DNA of 63,725 nucleotides. Source: Synechococcus sp. (GTDB lineage: Bacteria > Cyanobacteriota > Cyanobacteriia > Thermostichales > PCC-7336). Location: assembly GCA_051439425.1 (NCBI GenBank), contig JBFRWD010000006.1, positions 1 to 63,725 of the forward strand, read 5' to 3'. Shown here one piece after another: positions 10,377-18,332 of this stretch. Both the position numbers and the translations under genes were made by a program. Below the pieces are notes generated by a model, which was not told the DNA's origin, did no database searches, and saw only the letters and a program-made list of their open reading frames with translations. The first letter of the stretch is position 1. The number at the start of each line of letters is the position of its first letter.

Positions 10377-10808
10377 TTATGTCGATTCTGGCGAGGGCGT
10401 GGGTTCATTTAGGTGCTCGGCAACTGTGTTGTACATGTCAAGCACGTGGCGATCGTCGAGCATATAGAATACCTTCCGCCCTTGTTTGCGATAACGCACC
10501 ACCCGCATCGATCTCAGTAGCCGCAACTGGTGTGAGACTGCCGATTCTGACATGTCTACCAACTCCGCCAAGTCGCAAACACACAATTCCTGCTCGGCCA
10601 GAACTGACAGTACTCTCAGTCGGTTGGCATCCGCCAATACGCTAAAAAATTCAGCCATCCGTTGGGCTGTCGAGATGGCTAGCGGCGCAAGGACTGCGTC
10701 ATCAGGCTTGAGATCGGCACTCGAACATGGTTTTTCGCACAGCAACGGTGAGCGGCTATTGGCTGGCTCTGTCTGGTTGTTTGATGTGGACGCTTTGCGA
10801 GCAAGCAT
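10377..10808 (-). CDS. smtB: ArsR/SmtB family zinc-sensing repressor
   Basis: ELCVCDL, SESAVSHQLRLLR and the alpha5 site DRH-x10-HLNE; divergent from a metallothionein. Start placed at ATG 10808 (ORF is open to 10889). Confidence 0.9.
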   Translation of the reverse strand: MLARKASTSNNQTEPANSRSPLLCEKPCSSADLKPDDAVLAPLAISTAQRMAEFFSVLADANRLRVLSVLAEQELCVCDLAELVDMSESAVSHQLRLLRSMRVVRYRKQGRKVFYMLDDRHVLDMYNTVAEHLNEPTPSPEST

Positions 10809-10954
10809 TGTGAATTCTTTCGTTCGTGTCTCCACTATAGCGATCGGCAATCTGCCATGGAGAAGCTCCAGACCCATTGCTCCTGCCAATCATGGTTTTG
10901 AGCTGTCTTCAACATCCAGACTAGCGGATTGCCATGTGTATAGGATTCTGTCAC

Positions 10955-10980
10955 AACCCATGAACGCCTGCTCAGGTGTT
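10955..10980. promoter_or_regulatory. SmtB operator 1 (12-2-12 imperfect inverted repeat)
   Basis: AACCCATGAACGCCTGCTCAGGTGTT in the smtB-smtA spacer; core resembles TGAA-N6-TTCA. Confidence 0.7.
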
Positions 10981-10988
10981 GTATGATT

Positions 10989-11014
10989 TAAATATGAATA
11001 GTTGTTCAGATATT
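10989..11014. promoter_or_regulatory. SmtB operator 2 (12-2-12 imperfect inverted repeat)
   Basis: TAAATATGAATAGTTGTTCAGATATT, 17 bp upstream of the smtA ATG. Confidence 0.8.
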
Positions 11015-11031
11015 TACCGGGAGAATGGCTG

Positions 11032-11202
11032 ATGACTACCGTTACCCAAATGAAGTGTGCCTGTGAACCTTGCCTGTGCATTGTGGATGTTAGCTCGGCG
11101 GTACAAAAGGATGGTCAGTACTACTGCAGTGATGCATGCGCCAGTCACCATGCAGATAAATCGACGGGGTGCGCTCACTCGGGATGCCACTGTCACGGCT
11201 AA
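11032..11202 (+). CDS. smtA: Bacterial metallothionein
   Basis: 56 aa: MTTVTQMKCACEPCLC...YYCSDACASHH...GCAHSGCHCHG. Confidence 0.97.
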   Translation: MTTVTQMKCACEPCLCIVDVSSAVQKDGQYYCSDACASHHADKSTGCAHSGCHCHG

Positions 11203-11355
11203 GACCTACCCAGGCTAGATCTGCCTCCAATTTTCCGTCGTTAGAACTCCATTGGAAGGCGATGATTCCATCCATTCGCGATCGCATCTCCAAAAACTGC
11301 ATAGGTTGATTTTCCAGAGATGTAAGTGGAAATGAGGAGTCAAAGAAGCCTTCCC

Positions 11356-11391
11356 AAGGCAGTTGGTTAGCACCCCAGCTGCCTTTTTTTT
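11356..11391 (+). terminator. Rho-independent terminator downstream of smtA
   Basis: AAGGCAGTTGG-loop-CCAGCTGCCTT followed by a T tract. Confidence 0.8.
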
Positions 11392-11398
11392 GTGCTTT

Positions 11399-11503
11399 TA
11401 TCGCAATCCGCTCTAAGGTCTGGAGTGTTGAGATAGCTAGAATTCTTTATAGGCAAGGCAAAGTACTTAGAAAGCTCTCCATAGCGGATGGCCAATCGCC
11501 TTA
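11399..11503 (+). repeat. Family A element, copy 2 (degenerate)
   Basis: TATCGCAATCCGCTCTAAGGTCTGGAG...CTCTCCATAGCGGATGGCCAATCGCCTTA, 105 bp. Confidence 0.85.
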
Positions 11504-11836
11504 GCCAATGTGTGTAAAGCTGCAGGGCGTCTTAAGAATTCGGGCTTGCTGGCTGCGCTTGAGTCGAAATCCGGGCACAGGCGATCGTCCATCTTGGCTA
11601 GCGATGTGCAGAATGATATGCGTTCCGATCTACGGATACATGGTGGCGGACTGCCGCACAGCCTTCTGCTGCTTTCCCTTAAGAATGCTTGCCCAGTGAA
11701 GATTATGCGCCCGAACGGCTCGACAGCTCAAAGAATTCCGGTATCAATACAAGTACGTTTAGCAAATCCCTTGCTAAACGAGTGATGCTCGTTTTGTTTT
11801 GCAGAGTCTAGCCTGCACGATACCCTTGAGGACCCG

Positions 11837-12535
11837 ATGATGTTTTCCCGCCACTCCCTTCTTCCTGTCATTCTGGCGACTACTGTTACGACGACCACTT
11901 CTGTGATGGTGGCCCTGCCTGTTTTGGCTGATGCGGAAGATACCGTGCTCAAATCCACCAACCGGTTTGAGGAAATGGTTGCGGAGGAAAGCACGCGCAT
12001 TCCTGCTGAGCTGCTGCGTCAAAGTGCAGGAATTGCCATTATTCCCGATCTCACTCAAGGGGGATTTATTGTCGGTGCGCGTCACGGTCGTGGGGTATTG
12101 TCGGTGCGCAACCCGGACGGGACGTGGAGTAATCCCGTGTTTCTAACGATTGGGGGGGGCAGTATTGGCTTGCAGGCAGGGGGACAGTCCAGCGACGTGG
12201 TGATGGTATTTCCTACCCGACAAATGGTCGATCGCGTGCTTAACAGCGAGGTGGAATTTGGTGGCAACGTTTCGGGGGTGGCGGGGCCGGTCGGGGCCCA
12301 ACCTGTCGATCCGATTGGCGATAGTTTTTCGGGGAATACGATCTATACCTATTCCCGCCAAGAGGGGCTGTTTGGTGGCGTGGCGTTAGAGGGGGGGGAG
12401 CTGCATGTGGATGACAGCCGCACTGAAGACTATTACGGTTTAGAGTTGACGCCCACCCAGGTATTCAATCCCGCCCAACCAGCTCCTTCCTCTAGTCTCG
12501 AACTGAAAGAGGTCTTGTGGAGAGCATCTCAATAG
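11837..12535 (+). CDS. Lipid-binding SYLF (Ysc84) domain protein
   Basis: GFIVGARHGRGV, GGGSIGLQAGGQSSDVV, YSRQEGLFGGVALEG; signal peptide. Confidence 0.92.
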   Translation: MMFSRHSLLPVILATTVTTTTSVMVALPVLADAEDTVLKSTNRFEEMVAEESTRIPAELLRQSAGIAIIPDLTQGGFIVGARHGRGVLSVRNPDGTWSNPVFLTIGGGSIGLQAGGQSSDVVMVFPTRQMVDRVLNSEVEFGGNVSGVAGPVGAQPVDPIGDSFSGNTIYTYSRQEGLFGGVALEGGELHVDDSRTEDYYGLELTPTQVFNPAQPAPSSSLELKEVLWRASQ

Positions 12536-12580
12536 TAGGTGGAGCAGAAATAGGGGCAGCCATAGTCTTCAGTTGAGATG

Positions 12581-12898
12581 CTATGGCGATTCTACCTCGG
12601 ACGCATCTATGTCCAACTCTGCCTGAAATTCAGCCAGCTCTTCAGGGGACATGGCTTCAAGCTGCTGCTTGAAGATTTCGGTTTTGTACATTTCCCCCTG
12701 TTGATTGATGGACATAGTGCCCGTCCAAAATCGTCTCAGGTAACTCAAGGTCCAGCCCACCAGCAGCAATGCCAACAGTGCACTCGCCCAAATGCCAGCC
12801 TGTTCGGAACCCCAGCCCACCACTTGGAATAATCCGTAAGCCCCGCCCCCTGCTAGCAGGATGATGAGACCGATGGTGAGAACGTCGAGCTTGCGCAT
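12581..12898 (-). CDS. DUF3007 family membrane protein
   Basis: MRKLDVLTIG start, two TM helices, WTLSYLRR and LEAMSPEEL; downstream of ndhL as is usual. Confidence 0.85.
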   Translation of the reverse strand: MRKLDVLTIGLIILLAGGGAYGLFQVVGWGSEQAGIWASALLALLLVGWTLSYLRRFWTGTMSINQQGEMYKTEIFKQQLEAMSPEELAEFQAELDIDASEVESP

Positions 12899-13024
12899 GG
12901 CAAAGAAGCAGAAGGGTGAGCGGACGAGCAGTGATAGGAGGCGCGAAGATGGAGCGGGGGCATTGCCGATTCATTCAATGGTGGGGGCAATGCTGCTGGT
13001 CAATGAATGCTTGAGACAACCAGG

Positions 13025-13079
13025 AATAAGGCGGCCAGAATTAAGCGACCAAGATTAAGCGGCCAAGATTAAGAAGACC
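13025..13079. repeat. 14-bp tandem repeat ATTAAGCGRCCAAG, about 4 copies (outer ones degenerate)
   Basis: AATAAGGCGGCCAGA ATTAAGCGACCAAG ATTAAGCGGCCAAG ATTAAGAAGACC. Confidence 0.8.
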
Positions 13080-13089
13080 TACGATCGCT

Positions 13090-13335
13090 TTAGATCGAGC
13101 GACGTTTCGGGCGGTAATTGATGAAGGGGGCAACCAAAATGATGCCGGGGAAGAAGAAGAACACCGCGAAGAAGATCAAAATCTTTTCGAATCCACCCGA
13201 GGTGTTCCAGCGCTTGTCTACATAGTTGGCAACGATAAACGGAATCACCAGCAAATAAGCACCTGCAAGTCCCAGATAGGTGCCAATCAACAGTAGGGTG
13301 TCGGTTCCGAGATCGGAGAGAGCAAGGTCGGGCAT
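13090..13335 (-). CDS. ndhL: NAD(P)H-quinone oxidoreductase subunit L
   Basis: YLGLAGAYLLVIP...KRW...FFFFPGIILVAPFINYRPKRR; start placed at ATG 13335. Confidence 0.92.
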   Translation of the reverse strand: MPDLALSDLGTDTLLLIGTYLGLAGAYLLVIPFIVANYVDKRWNTSGGFEKILIFFAVFFFFPGIILVAPFINYRPKRRSI

Positions 13336-13721
13336 TAAACGTCTCGTATCAAGGTCTGGCGTCAACGCTATTCATCTTACTCCTTGGTTTGTCTGGGAAT
13401 TGCGAGCGATCGGAAATGGTCGCGGGTAGAGTTCGCGATCGCTCGGGCTTGCCGTCATCCCGTTCTTTGGCAAATCATTATTACAGTCTGTTTGTGGATG
13501 ACTGCGTTCGCTCATCTTCTTTGGGGGGATGCGGGTAATGGGGAGGAGAGGTCGTACACTGGGGGTGGTTTTTGCCTGCTAAGGCGGTGGTTGTGCCGCT
13601 TGGGAAACATTTCATCACCAGATGCAGCCCCCCTTTTTAGCCCTATTGGGATTAGCGCCGATCGAATTGGAATGTCAGCCGCACTAGAGGCAACAGCCAG
13701 CAGCCCTTTCGCACAGTTGGC

Positions 13722-13985
13722 ATGAATCTGCCCCCCGACACCTCTCCTCTTTACAGTCACTCCTTGCCGGCGCTCGAACATTGGCTGGAATCGCAAGGAT
13801 GCAAGCGCGATTGCGAAATGCCTAATCGCTGGTTTTGCGAGCGCATCCATTGGCGCGCTGAGCTGTGGATGGAAGAAACCGAATTACAGGTGGATTACAC
13901 CTTTGACGATGGTTCTAGCAAAAATCTGCGCTTTCCCTATGCTCTCAGCCGGGCTGACGTGCAAGCTGCTGCCTTTGAGGTTTAA
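13722..13985 (+). CDS. DUF3143 family protein
   Basis: LPPDTSPLYSHSLPALEHWL...FPYALSRADVQAA. Confidence 0.85.
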   Translation: MNLPPDTSPLYSHSLPALEHWLESQGCKRDCEMPNRWFCERIHWRAELWMEETELQVDYTFDDGSSKNLRFPYALSRADVQAAAFEV

Positions 13986-14089
13986 AAGACCGGGCTCTAT
14001 CAGTTTTGTGGGCACTTGGGCAACACCAGCTCCTATCAGTGGCCTAACAAAGCATGGCTCTGTTGTTGGAATTACGCGCAACGGTCCCA

Positions 14090-14638
14090 TCACGATTTCG
14101 GAGGATGAATGCGGCGATAGGTTTCAAAGCGATATCCGCTGTGGTGTTCGCGGGCGCTGAGTTCGAATTCGCTTCCGATCAGATGTTCGTAGGGGGGGAA
14201 AACGGTGTCTCCGGTGTGGGAGGATTCCACGATGGTGAGTTCTAGCGTATCGGTGAGGGGGAGAGCGGATTGATAGAGGACGCTGCCACCGACGATAAAG
14301 ACTTTAGCGCGTTCGCCGGCCTGCTCTAGTGCTTCGGCGATCGATGAGGCGACAGTGAGTTGGTAGCCATTGCTAGGGCACTGTGTAGCGGCAAGGTCGT
14401 GAACGAGCGAGGTCGACACCACGATGTTGTGACGATCGGGGAGCGGGCAGCGTTCTAGATCTTGCTCCCAGGTATGGCGGCCCATAATTATGGTATGACC
14501 TTTCGTTAACCGCTTGAATCGCTCCATGTCGGCGGGAATTCGCCAGGGAACTTTACCGTTGTTGCCAATGATGCGATCGTCTTCGGTGAGTGCAGCGATC
14601 GCAATAATTTCCGGGGAGTGCATGCGAGTTTTAGCCAA
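14090..14638 (-). CDS. folA: Dihydrofolate reductase
   Basis: IGNNGKVPWRIPADMERFK, IMGRHTW, LPDRHNIVVS, IVGGSVLY, GDTVFP; true start may be ATG 14623. Confidence 0.93.
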   Translation of the reverse strand: MAKTRMHSPEIIAIAALTEDDRIIGNNGKVPWRIPADMERFKRLTKGHTIIMGRHTWEQDLERCPLPDRHNIVVSTSLVHDLAATQCPSNGYQLTVASSIAEALEQAGERAKVFIVGGSVLYQSALPLTDTLELTIVESSHTGDTVFPPYEHLIGSEFELSAREHHSGYRFETYRRIHPPKS

Positions 14639-14745
14639 GACCCTGCCTATGGTGCCACAGAGTGTTTGGTTTATGAGGCTGACTGTTGCCGGATTTCTGG
14701 GGCGGTATAGTGACGGAGGTTTTCGGTTCCAGTTGCTCGATATTC

Positions 14746-15381
14746 ATGACTGCTCAATTCCATTATCTGCACGGTTTTGCCTCGGGCCCCACATCTTCAA
14801 AAGGGGTGTTCCTCAAACAGAAGTTAGGGGAGTTGGGGATTGAGCTGCAGATTCCGGATTTGAACGAGGGAGGCTTTACCGATTTGACGGTGAGTCGTCA
14901 GATCGAGCAAGTTTGCTCTCGTCTTTCAGATACTCCAGCCGTCTTGATTGGCTCTAGTTTGGGCGGGCTGACGGCGGCTTGGGTGGCAGAGCGGATGCCA
15001 CAGGTGGAGCGGGTGGTGTTGCTAGCTCCGGCGTTTGAGTTTGCGAAGCGATGGCAGAAAGCCTTGGGAGAGGCGACGATCGCGGATTGGAAAGAGCAAG
15101 GGGTGCGGCAGTTTTATCACTACGGGCAACGCCAGGAGTTACCGCTGCGGTATGAGTTTGTGGAGGATGCGCTGAGTTTTCGAGAGGAGAATTTGCAGCG
15201 TCAGGTGCCAACGGCGATCGTGCATGGGCGGCAGGATGCAGTGGTGCCAATTGAGGTGAGTCGGGGGTATGCGGGCGATCGCGATTGGGTGACGCTGCAT
15301 GAATTGGATAGCGATCATGCGTTGGGTGATGTTGAGAGTAAGGCTGCTATCTGGGAAGTAATACGAAAACATGCCTGTTGA
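14746..15381 (+). CDS. YqiA/YcfP family alpha/beta esterase
   Basis: YLHGFASGP, GSSLGG nucleophile elbow, HGRQD and DSDH. Confidence 0.9.
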   Translation: MTAQFHYLHGFASGPTSSKGVFLKQKLGELGIELQIPDLNEGGFTDLTVSRQIEQVCSRLSDTPAVLIGSSLGGLTAAWVAERMPQVERVVLLAPAFEFAKRWQKALGEATIADWKEQGVRQFYHYGQRQELPLRYEFVEDALSFREENLQRQVPTAIVHGRQDAVVPIEVSRGYAGDRDWVTLHELDSDHALGDVESKAAIWEVIRKHAC

Positions 15382-15509
15382 ACCATTTCAACGATCTTCA
15401 ACCTCTCTGTCACCTGTGGATAACCAGCAACAAATAAACCATCTGCATATCGCGTATGGCTTTTGCTAATCATCTGCTAGCCAGAATCACCCCAGCGATT
15501 AAAGAGCCA

Positions 15510-15545
15510 TATGACTCACCAATCTAGGGAAACTGGCGAGTCATA
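15510..15545. terminator. Hairpin between convergent genes (possible terminator)
   Basis: TATGACTCACCA...TGGCGAGTCATA inverted repeat; no clear T tract. Confidence 0.4.
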
Positions 15546-15610
15546 AAGTAATAATTCAATCGAACGATCGGAAGGTCTTCAAGATGATTTAGAGTTGCAG
15601 ACAATTAATG

Positions 15611-16123
15611 TCATTGTGAAATGTCAGCTGCCATTTCTTCAATCAAATCGTGAACTTTTTGCCGTTGCTCCTCGGTAAGGATTTCCCTCACATCCATCAG
15701 CCTATTGAATAGAAGATCTCTAAGTTCTTGTGCGCTATACACCATGTCTTGACGTGCAGCCCGGATTTCTGCTTCGCTACTCGTTGGAACGAGTACTTCA
15801 CTTAACGCTACAACTGTCTCTTCAAAATCGGCTGCAGACTTCTCTAGCTCAACCTCGTAAGTCATCAAGACAGAGTCTAACTCTTGCCTTTGATCGTCAG
15901 TAAGCTCAAGTGCTTCGGCCAATTCATCAGTAGTTACAACTACCATGGCCTGAGAGACTAGTTGACGCTCGTCCTGTGGAAGCAAGGATGCTGAGCTGGA
16001 GTCAGGAGAAGAATAATCAATCTGGGTCTGAGGCTCTGCTGCAATTGCAGATTGAGTTGGTGCGACGATTGTCGAAACGAATGACAATCCCATTAAGACT
16101 GAAGAAAATAGCAAGTGTTTCAT
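15611..16123 (-). CDS. Spy/CpxP family periplasmic protein
   Basis: Signal peptide and two LTxxQ motifs (LELTDDQRQ, ILTEEQRQ). Confidence 0.8.
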   Translation of the reverse strand: MKHLLFSSVLMGLSFVSTIVAPTQSAIAAEPQTQIDYSSPDSSSASLLPQDERQLVSQAMVVVTTDELAEALELTDDQRQELDSVLMTYEVELEKSAADFEETVVALSEVLVPTSSEAEIRAARQDMVYSAQELRDLLFNRLMDVREILTEEQRQKVHDLIEEMAADISQ

Positions 16124-16482
16124 GTAACTTTGATTGATAAGTTAATAGCAATACGAGAGAAAAACCACAGAAAACTGTCGCTTCACCTGTTGTATATATC
16201 GAAAAGCCAGCCTATGTTGATATTTTCAGGAATCAATTAAGATTTTAATCCGAGAACCCGAAATCGAGGGTTTAGACTTAGGCACATTGGCATTCACGCC
16301 ATGAGTCTTTTGGAGATGATACGAGTAAGCGACCGCAGATTATTCTGAAATCTTAAAATTAGGGACTTTTACAGAAGAACGATAATCAGGAGTAATACAC
16401 AAAGTCTCTTGGATTTGTGCCAATGATGGTTTGATTTGGGGGGGTGAAGCTTGAACTTCTTCTTCGCTGGTGTGGTACCTAA

Positions 16483-16947
16483 CTACAAATGATTTGGGCA
16501 ATAACGGCGGTATTCTTTCAACGGATCGTGGGGGAAGCATTTATTTCTTGCTTCTGCTATGTGTACTTTACCGTAGTCATCGGAGATGGTGCAGATGCAA
16601 GCACATGGAAAACCTAGCTTCGATCAAAATGTGTGATAAGTGGGGTTGAAGTTCTGGTTAAATCTAACTTCAATGTGGGCCTTAACGATCCACGTTGGTG
16701 GGATTCCTCTCGCCTGAAGCTGAGGCTTCAGCATTGCTTGATAGAAATTAACCAGCGATAGAAATTTACTGGTTGCTGGAGAGATCTCTCCGGTCGTGAT
16801 ATCGATATAAATTGTGCTGACATTTTGAAAATTAGCAAATTGAAACAGTTGTCCCATTCCCCAGTAACCATCGACATCGTTATTACGACTGTTAAACGAC
16901 TCAATAATTCCCCTAGCAACGTTTTTCAGTTCTTTTCGACGAACCAC
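16483..16947 (-). pseudogene. Hypothetical gene interrupted by one in-frame TGA at 16624-16626
   Basis: The 107-aa ORF continues in frame after TGA for 46 codons (SKLGFPCACICTISDDYGKVH...CFPHDPLKEYRR) to TAG at 16483-16485. Confidence 0.65.
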
Positions 16948-16952
16948 AGCCT

Positions 16953-18191
16953 TTATCCATTCGCAATATTTTTCTGATCCTCAATTGCCTGTAACACCGA
17001 CTTCGCCAGCAGCTTATTCTTAAACCACACCACTGGCACCGGAATCTCCCCTACTTTCACCCCAGCTTTTTCCAAATTCAATCGCTCCGACACCGCCAAA
17101 ATCAGGTCGTCCCTATCCGCCTGTCTCACCTGCGAGAACTTCTTGCGCAAATATTCCGGTCGCCAATAGCCCACAATCTCTAGTAACCGCGATCGCCCAT
17201 CCGGATGCACCAACCGAAAATCCGGAATCATGACGCTACCTGGAATCGGAATCAAATCCACCTCTCGCTCCAGCCGCCACTCCGTCTTCAGCTTCTGCCA
17301 CCCCGCCGCAAACGACGCCTCCACCATGCTGTCAAACTCCTTCCCAGGTGGATAATGGGTCATTAATCCGCAATCCGAATCCAGAGAAAACCGGTAGAGC
17401 TTGTACTCCGACGTGTAGAAATCTTTGACCCGTAATGTCGCATCCAAACTCCACTTCGTCACGTGCAACAGTGCAGGTAGTAATTTAGCGATCGCCAACC
17501 CGTAGCGGGTACTGGGCTTAAACAAACTGGTCGGCCCATCCACCGTAATCGTGAACCCGCGATCGGCATCCCCCTCGATATACGACATCAGCTGAAACAA
17601 CTTTAGATAGCGAAACAGTAGCTTGTACTCCCCCGGATCGTTGCGATGGGCATTCAAGGTCATCTGCGTCGCTTTATAAAAAATTCCCTGCACCTGCGAC
17701 AGATTAAATCGGTGTAGCAGCGCCTCCGGCGTGGGGGCCTGAAACTGCGTCAAAATCCGGTTCTCCTGCAAATCCGCATACAGCCCCTTACGAATTTCTG
17801 CGGGAAACACTTCGCGATCGCATTCCTGCGTCAACTGCCGCGCTACCGTTGCCAATGTCCCTGCTGCATTCTGCGGAATCTGTGTCGTCGTAGCTGCCAG
17901 GCCAAACACCCGTTGCCGCAACAGAGGAGGCTCGATCGGGCTGACAATTTCGAACGTGCAAAAACTGCTCTTGAGAATGTGTGCCAATCCTCGGCGTAAT
18001 CGATAATCCGGGCTGTCTCCCTCCAGCTCCAGCAGCAGACTGTCTAAATATCCTTGCGTTTGCCCTTGCGCAGACTCAAATGTAGCAATCAGGTCGGAGG
18101 CGATCGCCAAATGTTTGCCATCCACCTTCAGCCGCAGGGGGATAACCATCTCCCCACTGCGCCGAAAACTCAATAACTCGCTGGGTAACAA
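16953..18191 (-). CDS. DUF790 family protein (predicted restriction-fold nuclease, Bax1-like)
   Basis: MLPSELL start; DGPTSLF, FDSMVEASF, MIPDF and LEIVGYWRPEYL. Confidence 0.9.
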   Translation of the reverse strand: MLPSELLSFRRSGEMVIPLRLKVDGKHLAIASDLIATFESAQGQTQGYLDSLLLELEGDSPDYRLRRGLAHILKSSFCTFEIVSPIEPPLLRQRVFGLAATTTQIPQNAAGTLATVARQLTQECDREVFPAEIRKGLYADLQENRILTQFQAPTPEALLHRFNLSQVQGIFYKATQMTLNAHRNDPGEYKLLFRYLKLFQLMSYIEGDADRGFTITVDGPTSLFKPSTRYGLAIAKLLPALLHVTKWSLDATLRVKDFYTSEYKLYRFSLDSDCGLMTHYPPGKEFDSMVEASFAAGWQKLKTEWRLEREVDLIPIPGSVMIPDFRLVHPDGRSRLLEIVGYWRPEYLRKKFSQVRQADRDDLILAVSERLNLEKAGVKVGEIPVPVVWFKNKLLAKSVLQAIEDQKNIANG

Positions 18192-18332
18192 CTCGCTAGT
18201 TCACCGACCAACAGCAGTTGTCATTGTAGAGATTTCAACAAGAGAGACCGCAACCCCTTAATCAAGTTCAAAGCTATACCGACCCCAGCCGTGAGCTAGG
18301 CTGGACAATGCTGTTTCCAGTTCTCACTTGCC

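Noticed and set aside
13025..13079. Mini-CRISPR
   Set aside because: 14-bp units with no spacers.
16340..16540. 66-aa ORF
   Set aside because: Overlaps, out of frame, the continuation of the TGA-interrupted gene and has no motif.
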